Assembly (NCBI RefSeq): GCF_018350175.1
Contig: NC_058368.1
Location: forward strand, 213,840,001-213,904,000
Source: Felis catus
Lineage: Eukaryota
Reading direction: 5' to 3'
DNA: 64,000 nt
Position 1 is the stretch's first letter, and every line of letters begins with the position of its first letter. The notes below the pieces were generated by a model that saw nothing but the letters and a program-made list of their open reading frames with translations, did not search any database and was not told the DNA's origin. Positions 25,021-38,982 of the stretch are shown here, in pieces. Both the position numbers and the translations under genes were made by a program.

Positions 25021-28000
25021 CATGCTTCTTGGTAAACAGGCCGCCTTTCTCTCCTGTGTTGTCTAATACTTTCCTTCCCTTGCTCCCTTCCTTCTTCTCA
25101 AACTTGATCCAATTGTAATCTATTTTGTTGTAAGGAGTGAATTGGGAATCCAACCTTTTCTTTTTGAACTAGCTATCCAGTTTTTCAGCACCATTTATTG
25201 AATATTTCATCTATCCCCACTGATATAAAATGCACCCTGACTGTATATTACATTCCAGTATGTACTTGGGTCTTGTGGGAGAGAATGCTAAGTATTCACC
25301 AAACCTTTTCCCTCCTCTTTCTGGGGACACAACAGGGTGGTCTCTCAGCTTCCAGTGCAGTTAGGAAATGATGGGCCTGATACCTAAAAGCCTTCAGCAT
25401 GTGACCTTCTAACCTCCTTGCCTTCTGGTAGGTGGAATGGAGCTATCCTCCAGGAAAACTCAGGAAGCCACGTGTTCACAATGGCAGAGTTACAGATACA
25501 AGGGGCAGGAGTCCCAGACGCCTCGTTTGCATGAGAGCCTGCAAAGCAGAAACACTGGTTTTGGACTTTATGAAAATGAGGAATAACTTTTATTTTTTAT
25601 GAGGCATTTGCTTTTTCTTTTTCCCTTAAACTAGATATCCTTACTTTAACTAACATAGATCTATTTCTGTTAGATCCTTTCTTTAACTAACATAGATCTA
25701 TTCTGTTCCGTTCCATTGTCTGACTACCCATATGCTGGTATTACAGTTTTAATTAATATAATTTTATAATGTATTTTGGTACATAATAGGGCTAATCCCT
25801 TCATTAACTTTTATTTTACAGTTTTGGTTTCCCCTGCATGATCGTTTTTCCGAATGAACTTTAGAATTAGCCTCACTACTTAAAACAAGATCTCCTTCAT
25901 ATGCTTATTGAAACTGCATTATATGTAGCTTGATATATACATTGATAAAACATTGACATCTTTATAACATTGAATATTCCTCTACAAACACATATCTTTC
26001 CATAGATATTTACACCTTCATTTATATTCTTCCATAACTTCATAAAGCTTTTTTTTGTATAGGTGGTGATTTTTCATTTAGTTTATTCATAGGTTTTTTT
26101 TTTTTTTGAGTGAAGTGATGCTATTGTAAGTAAGATCTTTTCTTCTGTTATATTTTATAATTGTTGTTGCTTATATAGGAAGCCTACTGGAGGCTGTGTT
26201 GCCCATCTTAGCGTGATGTCAAATAAAAATCAAACACCAGCCTGACAGCCAAGAAAAGCGCTTAAAAGCAAAATAAATCTTAAAAATTTTTTGTAGATGT
26301 CTCTACTGCACAGCAGAAAAACAGACTGTATAAACAGAAGGTATGTGGTTGTGGGTTGATTCAGAATGGTCATAGAATGTCCTCCTTTTTGACTGAAGTT
26401 CCAAAGAGCTACTGCATTTATAAACTTTCCATACTCTTCAACGTACACGCATTGTCATGTTGCAGTTTGAGGAGGCCCAATAGACATAACTGTTCTCCAA
26501 TAAGTTTCTAAACAACTTAGAAATATGCATAGGCATTCAGGCAGATGGAGACAAAAATGTCATCATTACTAGTAAAACTGATATTAGAGAACACGCTTAA
26601 GTCTGGGGCAACAACTGGATAGCACCCCAGACAAATTTTGCCGCCCAAGGGCACCACTGCACAGTGTAAGCTCTCTCCCAGGGCCTGTTCTTACAAACTA
26701 TGGAATGAAGGACAAGGCAGAACATATACAGACTTCCAATAGAAGGCATTTGAGAATTCCCTTCTTTCACTCTTCCTTGCCTGGGGAGGAATGAGTAAAA
26801 GGGCACAGCAAGGTCAGGACTCTAATGGAAGGTGCCTCCTATAGAAGGAAAATCAGAAGTGAGGAAAAGTGTTTCTCCACCAACACTCAGCAAAGCTATA
26901 ATCTTTTTAGGGACCCAAAGTTCATATCCACAGTTTTTGATGGTACTGTCCAATATAGGATTTTAATTTTAGGCCAAATTCAAACTATATGTATTAAAAA
27001 AATTTTTTTTTAAATTTATTTTTGAGAAAGAGAGAGAGAGAGAGAGAGCACGCACGCGTGCTTTTGCACGTGAGCAGGGAGGGGCAGAGAGAGAATGGCA
27101 AAGAGGATCTGAAGCAGGCTCTGTGCTGACAGCAGAGAGCCTGATGCGGGGCTCAAACCCACGAACCGTGAGATCATGATGAGCCAAAATCAAGAGTTGG
27201 ACGCTTAACTCAAAGTATACTATAAACTCATAGACTCTCAGAAAAATACTCAAGGATGTGCAATAGTCAGTGGAAAAAGTGAATCAGCATAGAGGCATAG
27301 AGAAGGTGGAGAACATGATAGGTAGCAAATAGTTACGGTGATTTAAACCGAAAAAAAAAAAAAAAAAAGAAATAAGAACTTTTAAGACCCATAACAAAAG
27401 AGCCTGCCATACTTCTTCTTTTTTTAAATGTTTATTTATTTATTTTGAGAGAAAGAGAGAGTGTGTGCAGGGAGAGGGGCAGAGAGAAAAGGAAAGAATC
27501 CCAAGCAGGCTCTGGGCTGTCAATAGAGTCCCATGTGGGGCTCGATCCCATGAACCACAAGATCATGGCCTGAGCTGAAATCAGGAGTCAGTCACTTAAC
27601 CAACTGAGTCACCCAGGTGCCCCAAGGCTGCCATACTTCTAATTTAAGGAATATAATGAACCCATGAAATATTGTGCTGATTTAAAAACTATTTAGTTGA
27701 GGGGCTCCTGGGTGGCTCAGTCGGTTGAGCGTCCGACTTCGGCTCAGGTCACGATCTCGCAGTCTGTGAGTTCGAGCCCCGCGTCAGGCTCTGGGCTGAT
27801 GGCTCAGAGCCTGGAGCCTGCTTCGGATTCTGTGTCTCCCTCTCTCTCTGCCCCTCCCCCGTTCATGCTCTGTCTCTCTCTGTCTCAAAAATAAATAAAT
27901 GTTAAAAAAATAAAATAAAATAAAAAACTAGTTGAGAGTCAGCAGAACTGCAAGATTGTGGCCCACATTCTCTTGGCGAGCTGCTGATCTAATCTCAGAC

Positions 28001-28340
28001 AACCTTGGACTCCACTAGGATAGTTAGTTGCTAGGGAATGAAACAAGTTTCCAAGCATGCCAAAATTTTGTATAGAAAATGTATCATTCTAGTTCTTTTT
28101 TTTTTCAATATATGAAATTTATTGTCAAATTGGTTTCCATACAACACCCAGTGCTCATCCCAAAAGGTGCCCTCCTCAATACCCATCACCCACCCTTCCC
28201 TCCCTCCCACCCTCCATCAACCCTCAGTTTGTTCTCAGTTTTTAACAGTCTCTTATGCTTTGGCTCTCTCCCACTCTAACCTCTTTTTTTTTTTCCTTCC
28301 CCTCCCCCATGGGTTTCTGTTAAGTTTCTCAGGATCCACA

Positions 28341-31300
28341 TCAGAGTGAAACCATATGGTATCTGTCTTTCTCTCTATGACTTATTTCACTTAGCATAAC
28401 ACTCTCCAGTTCCATCCATGTTGCTACAAAAGGCCATATTTCATTTTTTCTCATTGCCACGTAGTATTCCATTGTGTATATAAACCACAATTTCTTTATC
28501 CATTCATCAGTTGATGGACATTTAGGCTCTTTCCACAATTTGGCTATTGTTGAGAGTGCTGCTATAAACATTGGGGTACAAGTGCCCCTATGCATCAGTA
28601 CTCCTGTATCCCTTGGGTAAATTCCTAGCAGAGCTATTGCTGGGTCATAGGGTAGGTCTATGTTTAATTTTCTGAGGAACCTCTACACTGCCTTCCAGAG
28701 CAGCTGCACCAATTTGCATTCCCACCAACAGTGCAAGAGGGTTCCCGTTTCTCCACATCCTCTCCAGCATCTAGAGTCTCCTGATTTGTTCATTTTGGCC
28801 ACTCTGACTGGCGTCAGGTGATATCTGAGTATGGTTTTGATTTGTATTTCCCTGATAAGGAGCGACGTTGAACATCTTTTCATGTACCTGTTGGCCATCC
28901 GGATGTCTTCTTTAGAGAAGTGTCTATTCATGTTTTCTGCCCATTTCTTCACTGGGTTATTTGTTTTTCGGGTGTGGAGTTTGGTGAGCTCTTTGTAGAT
29001 TTTGGATACTAGCCCTTCGTCCGATATGTCATTTGCAAATATATTTTCCCATTCCGTTGGTTGCCTTTTAGTTTTGTTGGTTGTTTCCTTTGCTGTGCAG
29101 AAGCTTTTTGTCTTCATAAGGTCCCAGTAATTCATTTTTGCTTTTAATTCCCTTGCCTTTGGGGATGTGTCGAGTAAGAGATTGCTATGGCTGAGGTCAG
29201 AGAGGTCTTTTCCTGCTTTCTCCTCTAGGGTTTTGATGGTTTCCTGTCTCACATTCAGGTCCTTTATCCATTTTGAATTTATTTTTGTGAATGGTGTGAG
29301 AAAGTGGTCTAGTTTCAACCTTCTGCATGTTGCTGTCCAGTTCTCCCAGCACCATTTGTTAAAGAGATTGTCTTTTTTCCATTGGATGTTCTTTCCTGCT
29401 TTGTCACAGATTAGTTGGCCATACATTTGTGGGTCTAGCTCTGGGGTTTCTATTCTATTCCATTGGTCTATGTGTCTGTTTTTGTGCCAATACCATGCTG
29501 TCTTCATGATGACAGCTTTGTAGTAGAGGCTAAAGTCTGGGATTGTGATGCCTCCTGCTTTGGTCTTCTTCAAAATTACTTTGGCTATTCGGGGCCTTTT
29601 GTGGTTCATATGAATTTTAGGATTGCTTGCTCTGGTTTCGATAAGAATGCTGGTGAAATTTTGATTGGGATTGCATTGAATGTGTAGATAGCTTTGGGTA
29701 GTATTGACATTTTGACAATACTTATTCTTCCAATCCATGAGCAGGGAATGTCTTTCCATTTCTTTATATCTTCTTCAATTTCCTTCATAAGCTTTCTATA
29801 GTTTTCAGCATACAGATCTTTTACATCTTTGGTTAGATTTATTCCTAGGTATTTTATGCTTCTTGGTGCAATTGTGAATGGGATCAGTTTCTTTATTTGT
29901 CTTTCTGTTGCTTCATTGTTAGTGTATAAGAATGCAACTGATTTCTGTACATTGATTTTGTATCCTGCAACTTTGCTGAATTCATGTATCAGTTCTAGCA
30001 GACTTTTGGTGGAGTCTATCGGATTTTCCATGTATAATATCATGTCATCTGCAAAAAGCGAAAGCTTGACTTCATCTTTGCCAATTTTGATGCCTTTGAT
30101 TTCCTTTTGTTGTCTGATTGCTGATGCTAGAACTTCCAACACTATGTTAAACAACAGCGGTGAGAGTGGACATCCCTGTCGTGTTCCTGATCTCAGGGAA
30201 AAAGCTCTCAGTTTTTCCCCATTGAGGATGATGTTAGCTGTGGGCTTTTCATAAATGGCTTTTATGATCTTTAAGTATGTTCCTTCTATCCCGACTTTCT
30301 CAAGGTTTTTTATTAAGAAAGGGTGCTGGATTTTGTCAAAGGCCTTTTCTGCATCGATTGACAGGATCATATGGTTCTTCTCTTTTGTTTTTATTAATGT
30401 GATGTATCACGTTGATTGATTCGTGAATGTTGAACCAGCCCTGCATCCCGGGAATGAATCCCACTTGATCATGGTGAATAATTCTTTTTATATGCTGTTG
30501 AATTCTATTTGCTAGTATCTTATTGAGAATTTTTGCATCCATATTCATCAGGGATATTGGCCTGTAGTTCTCTTTTTTTACTGGGTCTCTGTCTGGTTTA
30601 GGAATCAAAGTAATACTGGCTTCATAGAATGAGTCTGGAAGTTTTCCTTCCCTTTCTATTTCTTGGAATAGCTTGAGAAGGATAGGTATTATCTCTGCTT
30701 TAAACGTCTGGTAGAACTCCCCTGGGAAGCCATCTGGTCCTGGACTCTTATTTGTTGGGAGATTTTTGATAACCGATTCAATTTCTTTGCTGGTTATGGG
30801 TCTGTTCAAGCTTTCTCTTTCCTCCTGATTGAGTTTTGGAAGAGTGTGGGTGTTTAGGAATTTGTCCATTTCTTCCAGGTTGTCCAATTTGTTGGCATAT
30901 AATTTTTCATAGTATTCCCTGATAATTGCTTGTATCTCTGAGGGATTGGTTGTAATAATTCCATTTTCATTCATGATTTTATCTATTTGGGTCATCTCCC
31001 TTTTCTTTTTGAGAAGCCTGGCTAGAGGTCTGTCAATTTTGTTTATTTTTTCAAAAAACCAACTCTTGGTTTCGTTGATCTGCTCTACTGTTTTTTTAGA
31101 TTCTATATTGTTTATTTCTGCTCTGATCTTTATTATTTCTCTTCTTCTGCTGGGTTTAGGCTGCCTTTGTTGTTCTGCTTCTAGTTCCTTTAGGTGTGCT
31201 GTTAGATTTTGTATTTGGGATTTTTCTTGTTTCTTGAGATAGGCCTGGATTGCAATGTATTTTCCTCTCAGGACTGCTTTTGCTGCATCCCAAAGCGTCT

Positions 31301-32374
31301 GGATTGTTGTATTTTCATTTTCGTTTGTTTCCATATATTTTTTTTTCAACGTTTATTTTTATTTTTGGGACAGAGAGAGACAGAGCATGAACGGGGGAGG
31401 GGCAGAGAGAGAGAGGGAGACACAGAATCGGAAACAGGCTCCACGCTCTGAGCCATCAGCCCAGAGCCCGACGCGGGGCTCGAACTCACGGACCGCGAGA
31501 TCGCGACCTGGCTGAAGTCGGACGCTTAACCGACTGCGCCACCCAGGCGCCCCTCCATATATTTTTTAATTTCTTCTCTAATTGTCTGGTTGACCCACTC
31601 ATTCTTTAGTAGGGTGTTCTTTAACCTCCATGCTTTTGGAGGTTTTCCAGACTTTTTCCTGTGGTTGATTTCAAGCTTCATAGCATTGTGGTCTGAAAGT
31701 ATGCATGGTGTAATTTCAATTCTTGTAAACTTATGAAGGGCTGTTTTGTGACCCAGTATATGATCTATCTTGGAGAATGTTCCATGTGCACTCGAGAAGA
31801 AAGTATATTCTGTTGCTTTGGGATGCAGAGTTCTAAATATATCTGTCAAGTCCATCTGATCCAATGTATCATTCAGGGCCCTTGTTTCTTTATTGACCAT
31901 GTGTCTAGATGATCTATCCATTTCTGTAAGTGGGGTATTAAAGTCCCCTGCAATTACCACATTCTTATCAATAAGGTTGCTTATGTTTATGAGTAATTGT
32001 TTTATATATTTGGGGGCTCCGGTATTCGGCGCATAGACATTTATAATTGTTAGCTCTTCCTGATGGATAGACCCTGTAATTATTATATAATGCCCTTCTT
32101 CATCTCTTGTTACAGCCTTTAAAGTCTAGTTTGTCTGATATAAGTATGGCTACTCCAGCTTTCTTTTGGCTTCCAGTAGCATGATAAATAGTTCTCCATC
32201 CCCTCACTCTCAATCTAAAGGTGCCCTCAGATCTAAAATGAGTCTCTTGTAGACAGCAAATAGATGGGTCTTGTTTTTTTTTTTTATCCATTCTGATACC
32301 CTATGTCTTTTGGTTGGCACATTTAATCCATTTACATTCAGTGTTATTATAGAAAGATACGGGTTTAGAGTCAT
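28341..32374 (-). pseudogene. L1 ORF2p (endonuclease/RT), broken by frameshifts, stops and a SINE insertion
   Basis: MTLNPYLSIITLNVNGLN, CLQETH, GDFNTPL, SDHN (EN); [20 protein letters not shown] (RT); Cys-rich C-terminus; spread over several ORF-track fragments. Confidence 0.92.
31345..31553 (-). mobile_element. Young CanSINE inserted in L1 ORF2
   Basis: CpG-rich SINE flanked by TSD TCCATATATTTTTT (31330-31343 / 31554-31567). Confidence 0.93.
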
Positions 32375-32424
32375 TGTGATGTCTGTATGTTTTATGCTTG
32401 TAGTGATGTCTCTGGTACTTTGTC

Positions 32425-33317
32425 TCACAGGATCCCCCTTAGGATCTCTTGTAGGGCTGGTTTAGTGGTGACAAATTCCTTCAGTTTTTGTTTGTTTGGG
32501 AAGACCTTTATCTCTCCTTCTATTCTAAATGACAGACTTGCTGGATAAAGGATTCTCGGCTGCATATTTTTTCTGTTTAGCACACTGAAGATCTCGTGCC
32601 AATCCTTTCTGGCCTGCCAAGTTTCAAAAGAGAGATCAGTCACGAGTCTTATAGGTCTCCCTTTATATGTGAGGGCACGTTTATCCTTGCTGCTTTCAGA
32701 ATTTTCTCTTTATCCTTGTATTTTGCCAGTTTGACTATGATATGTCGTGCAGAAGATCGATTCAAGTTATGTCTGAAGGGAGTTCTCTGTGCCTCTTGGA
32801 TTTCAATGCCTTTTTCCTTCCCCAGTTCAGGGAAGTTCTCAGCTATTATTTCTTCAAGTACACCTTCAGCACCTTTCTCTCTCTCTTCCTCCTCTGGGAT
32901 ACCAATTATGCATATATTATTTCTTTTCAGTGTATCACTTAGTTCTCTAATTTTCCCCTCATACTCCTGGATTTTTTTATCTCTCTTTTTCTCAGCTTCC
33001 TCTTTTTCCATAACTTTATCTTCTAGTTCACCTATTCTCTCCTCTGCCTCTTCAATCCGAGCCGTCGTAGTTTCCATTTTGTTTTGCATTTCATTTAAAG
33101 CGTTTTTCAGCTCCTCGTGACTCTTCCTTAGTCCCTTGATCTCTGTAGCAAGAGATTCTCTGCTGTCCTCTATACTGTTTTCAAGCCCAGCGATTAATTT
33201 TATGACTATTATTCTAAATTCACTTTCTGTTATATTATTTAAATCCTTTTTGATCAGTTCATTAGCTGTTGTTATTTCCTGGAGATTCTTCTGAGGGGAA
33301 TTCTTCCGTTTGGTCAT
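32425..33317 (-). pseudogene. L1 ORF1p (frameshifted)
   Basis: MTKRKNSPQKN... coiled coil (ORF 32649..33356) continues in another frame to ...KPALQEILRGIL* (ORF 32425..32643). Confidence 0.9.
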
Positions 33318-36300
33318 TTTGGATAGTCCCTGGAGTGGTGAGGACCTACAGGGCACTTCCCCTGTGCTGTGGTGTATAACTGGAGTAGGTAGGTGGGGCC
33401 GCAGTCCGACCTGATATCTGCCCCCAGCCCACCACTGGGGCCACAGTCAAACTGGTGTGTGCCTTCTTTTCCCCTCTCCTAGGGGCAGGATTCACTGTGG
33501 GGTGGCGTGGCCTGTCTGGGCTACTTGCACACTGCCAGGCTTGTGGTGCTGGGGATCTGGTGTATTAGCTGGGGTGGGTAGGCAAGGTGCATGGGGGCGG
33601 AGGGGCAGGCTTAGCTTGCTTCTCCTTAGGTGATCCACTTCAGGAGGGGCCCTGTGGCAGTGGGAGGGAGTCAGATCTGCTGCCAGAGGTTTGGCCCCGC
33701 AGAAGCACAGAGTTGGGTGTTTGCGCAGAGCAAGCAAGTTCCCTGGCAGGAACTGGTTCTCTTTGGGATTTTGGCTGGGGGATGGGCGGCAGAGATGGCG
33801 CTGGCGAGCGCCTTTGTTCCCCACCAAACTGAGCTCTGTCGTCTGGGGGCTCAGCAGCTCTCCCTCCCTTTGTCCTCCAGCCTTCCCGCTTTCCGAGCAG
33901 AGCTGTTAACTTATGACCTCCCAGACGCTAAGTCGCGCTTGCTGTTGGAACACAGTCCGTCAGACCCCTCCACTTTTGCAAGCCAGACTCGGGGGCTCTG
34001 CTTGGCCGGCGAGCCGCCCCTCCGCCCCGGCTCCCTCCCCCCAGTCCATGGAGCGCGCACCGCCTCGCAGCCCTTCCTACCCTCTTCCGTGGGCCTCTCC
34101 TCTGCGCTTGGCTCCGGAGACTCCTTTCTGCTAATCCTCTGGCGGTTTTCTGGGTTATTTAGGCAGGTGTAGGTGGAATCTAAGTGATCAGCAGGATGCG
34201 CGGTGAGCCCAGCGTCCTCCTATGCCGCCATCTTCCTGTAATCCCTCATTCTAGTTCTTAATCATGTTTTGAGATTTGTTTATTGGCATCTTACACTCTG
34301 AGTGATGCGTTCATTTTTCTATGAAAACCAAAGAACCTATAAATTTAAAATAAATTGTTCCTTTAGAAAAAAAATAAACAGTTGGATGCTTAATAGACCG
34401 GGCCACCCAGTTGCCCCAAACTACATGTATTTTCACATTACATTAACATGAGCACTGTGGAACATGCTTCTAATCAGGTGTTTTGTTTTGTTTTTTAATT
34501 TTTTTTAACGTTTATTATTTTTGAGAGACAGAGCATGAGGAGGAGAGGGAGACACAGAAGCCGAAGCAGGCTCCAGGCTCCAAAATGTCAGCACAGAGCC
34601 AGACACGGGGCTTGAACTCACAAATTGTGAGATGACTTGAACTCACAAATTGTGAGATGATGACCTGAGCCAAAGTCGGTCGCTTAACTGACTGAGCCAA
34701 CCTGGCGCTTAGGTTTTATCTCTAAGAGAACAGAGTACAGAAGAGCTGGAAAACTGACACGATTGCCTTTCTCTCATTTATAACACAGTTATTCTATGGA
34801 TATGATCACTAGATTACAGGTATTATCTTTTAGTTCTTTTGGACTCATGTTTCTGACATACCTAATCCTTGGTAAATGTTCTTGTATTAGTAATGCCTGC
34901 ATTTGTCCAATTAGCTGTCAAAAATAGCATGCTCAGAAGAGGATGTACAACATAGGGCACACAATATTTATTACTGCCAACCTTCCAATGACCACTGATA
35001 TTTTCTGTACTCATTAATTCATTAGACATTAAAAAAATTTTCTTTTAATGTTTATTTATTATTTTGAGAGAGACTGAGCGCAAGTGGGGGAGAGACAGAG
35101 AGGAGACACAGAATCCGAAGCAGGCTCCAAGCTTTGAGCTGGCAGCACAGAGCCTGATGGAAGGGGGGCAGACTCAAACCTATGAGCCCCTAGATCATGA
35201 CCTGAGCTGAAGTGGGACACTTAACTGACTGAGCCATTCAGGCACCCCTAAAGTTTATTTATTTTGAGAGAGCAAGAGAATGAGCAGGGGAGGAGGGGCA
35301 GAGAGAGGGAGAGAATCCCAAGTAGGCTCTGCACAGCACAGAGCCCATCGTGGGGCTTGATCTCACGAACCTCAAGATCATGAGCCAAAATCAAGACTTA
35401 ACCAACTAAGCCACCCAGCTGCCCCTCATTAAACATTTTTGAGGCCTTATGATGACCGAGACTATGGCAAGGCCTGGGACTACAAAGATGTATGATATGA
35501 CCTCAAGGAGCTCACAGTACACTGGGGAGGGCAGATGTAAACAGCTAACTAATGTGCAATCCTGGAGCCCAGTACAGAGTTCCTTAGGAACACAGGGATT
35601 CATGACTAACACAAGATTAGATTGCCAAGCTCATATAACTAGTAGCAGGCAGAGGTAGTATTTGAACTTGGACTGATTTTAAAGCCACCAATACCTCAGG
35701 GTCACTTTGTGATGACGGTGCCATTCAGCGCCTGTGCTGCTCCAGATGTGGCAATGCTGCAGAAGGTGGATGGTGCTGCCACGCCATTCTCAGGGCAGTT
35801 TCTGTTGAAACAGCTGACTTTCCAGTCTAGCTCCAACTCTGCCTCAAGGGAGACAATGAGGTATGTCCCTCCTTGAGCCATCAGGGTCACGTCTGATGGG
35901 CTGCTACATAACCTTATGAGGCCAAGCGGACAGAGGCATTCCCTCTTCCTCTGAGGAGCCCACTTTCCTTAACGCTCTCCAGGCAGAGGCAGCTCTGTGG
36001 TAAGGCTGAGACCCAGAGGAGGGACGCGTGTGAGGGGTCTGGAAATAATAGTGAATTAGTTGGAGGTACTCACTCCACCCCCACCTCCCTGTCATGCTCC
36101 AGCGGATACATGAGGGACTTTTTTTGGTACCAGGTCACCTATACATCAGCAACATCAAAAATGATGACAATTCTTGGGGCAGCTGGGTGGCTCAGTGGGT
36201 TAAGCGTCCGACTTTGGCTCAGGTCAGGATCTCACGGTTCGTGAGTTCGAGCTCTGCATCAGGCTCTGTGCTGACAGCTTGGAGCCTGGAGCCTGCTTCG

Positions 36301-38176
36301 GATTCTGCGTCTCCCTCTCTCCCTGCCCCTCCCCTGCTCTCACTCTGTCTCTCTCTCTCTCTCAAAAATAAAGATTAAAAAAAATGATGAAAATTCTAGA
36401 TTCTATGAAGGTAATTTAGATTCTATGAAGGTAATTTTAAATTGGGGGGCAGGTAGCAACTTCCAAACAATGTCTACATCAGGGGTTTAGCATCACAAAT
36501 TCTAGCTTTATCTACAAGCAGGCAGGAGGGAAAGTGTGAAGAGGAACAAAAGCTGGGGCAGGCTTTGACTTCTCTGACATGCATCGCCCCCACCCCTGCC
36601 CCCAATTGCATGAATACACGTTTTACAATTACGAATAAATAGATGCTTGCACCAATTTCAAGACAACACTTTTACACTATGAGTAACTCTGCTTAAAGCT
36701 GTTACTTCTTGGGGTACCTGGGTGGCTCAGTCGGTTGAGTGTCTGACTCAGTTTTCAGCTCAGGTTGTGATCCCAGGGTTGTGAGATCAAGCCCTGGGTC
36801 AGGCTCTGTGCTGAGAATGTGAGAATGGAGCCTGCTTGGGATTCTCTGTCTCCCTCTCCCTCTCTTGCATTCTCTCTCATTCAAAAATAAATAAATAAAT
36901 AAAAAGCTATTACTTCTTTTCTTATGGGCAAGGACCAGCTTTCTTTGACTAAAAAAATTTGAAAATCCATTATTCACAGAAATACAGTGGAAGCTAATGT
37001 AGGGTTTTAAAAAAATCAGTGTTTAGGAAAGGCATAAGAAGATCAGTTGAGACTTGGAATAGCCATCACAGGTGACACTAAGTAGGGCTGAGTTTGGAAA
37101 TAACAGTCAATGTTTACTGAATGGTTCTTGTGTTAAGGGTTTTTGTGTGTGTTATTCCTCACAATACCCCAATGAGTTAAGTTCTCTTACTGTAAAAGGG
37201 AAGCTGAGACTTAGGTCACGCAGCAGGAACATGGAGAAGGGGACACTGGAGCCAGGCAGTAGCTCTTTGAAGCTCACAGTTTTACCACTATGCTCTACTA
37301 TATTTCAGTCATAACACTTCTTTCTTGTCTCAGTCTTGGCATGATTCACATCAACTAGGGTGCGAAGGCTCCTAAACAGTGCTGGTGGCCCACGGACGGG
37401 CTTCAGTGATCTGTCTGCTGTTGATGAACATTTTGACGTTACAGACGTGCTAGGGATGCTGTAGCTGGAGGATGGCTATTCAACAAGGTCTTCAGAGAAC
37501 GTGAAATTGTGCAGCCTCAGCCTTGCTTCAGCCTCTGCAATGAGCCCCTGCTTCTGAATCACAGGAACCAAACTCACAAGATACTAATGTATAGAATGTC
37601 AACTTACTAATTTGCAGTGGTGAGACATACCCTTCCAGTGACGAATATTTACTGTGCAGAGAACTCCCTCCTAAGAATCCAGGTTCACAGAAACCTTGTC
37701 GCCATAACTTCATTTGTTGAACTCAAATGAGAATAAAGGGACAGGATGGCACTGATGTTTGGGATCCCAGAAGTGCAGCTAGAACTACAAAACCACAGAG
37801 GCAGTGCAGGACCAGTTAATTTAGAAACAAGCACAAGAGAGCGCGGTGACTCAGAATAACCAAGTACAGCCTAATAATGAGTATTTACGCAGCTGATCCT
37901 CATGTATCTCGGGCATTTCTAAAAGATGTCCAACAAAAACTCCTTTAGTTTCATGCAAGTACTTTCTCCTAAGCTGTCTGGTGAATGAGATAATCTTGTA
38001 GTAAGAAGAAACACACCACTGACTGTAAACCATTAGCAGTATGATGCACACATTGCCAGCAATCCAGGGCCACTACTGCTGAAACAAAATAAAGATTTGG
38101 ATAGAGTATCATATAAAGGTGAAGAACTTTGACTAAGAGCTCCTTGAGGACATAGAGCAAAGATAGAGGCCTACAG

Positions 38177-38189
<13 letters not shown>

Positions 38190-38207
<18 letters not shown>

Positions 38208-38982
38208 TTTATGAAATTTATTGTCAAATTGCTTTCCATACAACACCCAGTGCTCATCCCAACAGGCGCCCTCCTCAATACCCATCACCCACCCTCCCCT
38301 CCCTCCCACCCCCCATTAGCCTTCAGTTCTCAGTTTTTAAGAGTCTCTTATGGTTTGGCTCTCTCCCTAACTTTTTTTTTTTCTCTTTCCCCTCCCCCAT
38401 GGTCTTCTGTTAAGTTTCTCAGGATCCACATAAGAGTGAAAACATATGGTATCTGTCTTTCTCTCTATGACTTATTTCACTTAGCAGAACACGCTCCAGT
38501 TCCATCCACGTTGCCACAAAAGGCCATATTTCATTCTTTCTCATTACCAAATAGTATTCCATTGTGTATGTAAACCACAATTTCTTTATCATCAGTTGAT
38601 GGACATTTAGGCTCTTTCCATAGTTTGGCTGTTGTTGAAAGTGCTGCTATAAACATTGGGGTACAAGTGCCCTTATGCATCTCACTCCTGTATCCCTTGG
38701 GTAAATTCCTAGTAGTGCTATTTCTGGGTCATAGGGTAGATCTGTTTTTAATTTTTTAAGGAACCTCCACACTGTTTTCCAGAGCAGCTGCACCAGTTTG
38801 CATTCCCACCAACAGTGCAAGAGGGTTCCTGTTTCTCCACATCCTCGCCAGCATCTATAGTCTCCTGATTTGTTTATTTTAGCCACTCTGACTGGCGTGA
38901 GGCGATTTTCTCAGTGTGGTTTTGATTTGTATTTCCCTGATGAGGAGTGATGTTGAGCATCTTTTCATGTGCCTGTTGGCCA
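38190..38982 (-). mobile_element. 5'-truncated LINE-1 3' end
   Basis: Close match to the 3' part of the full-length L1 at 28098; flanked by repeated TACAGAAAA. Confidence 0.92.

Larger units (their letters stand above)
18248..27928. mobile_element. Dispersed CanSINEs (+: ~18248, 27701; -: ~21200-21385, 21430-21645, 22150-22347, 27003-27210, 27420-27623)
   Basis: Canonical heads and tails. Confidence 0.85.
28098..34245 (-). mobile_element. Full-length LINE-1 (felid L1), inactivated
   Basis: TSD TCATTCTAGTTCTT at 28084-28097 and 34246-34259; GC-rich 5'UTR starting GGGATTACAGGAAGATGGCGG (YY1 site); ORF1, ORF2, 3'UTR and poly(A) all present. Confidence 0.97.

Noticed and set aside
28341..33356. 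Retrotransposition-competent L1 or novel reverse-transcriptase system
   Set aside because: Standard L1 ORF1/ORF2 with multiple frameshifts and stops plus a SINE insertion
33492..34172. 180-aa and overlapping ORFs in the L1 5'UTR (ORF0-like antisense product)
   Set aside because: GC-rich sequence gives long chance ORFs; no recognisable motif, and several lack a true ATG start
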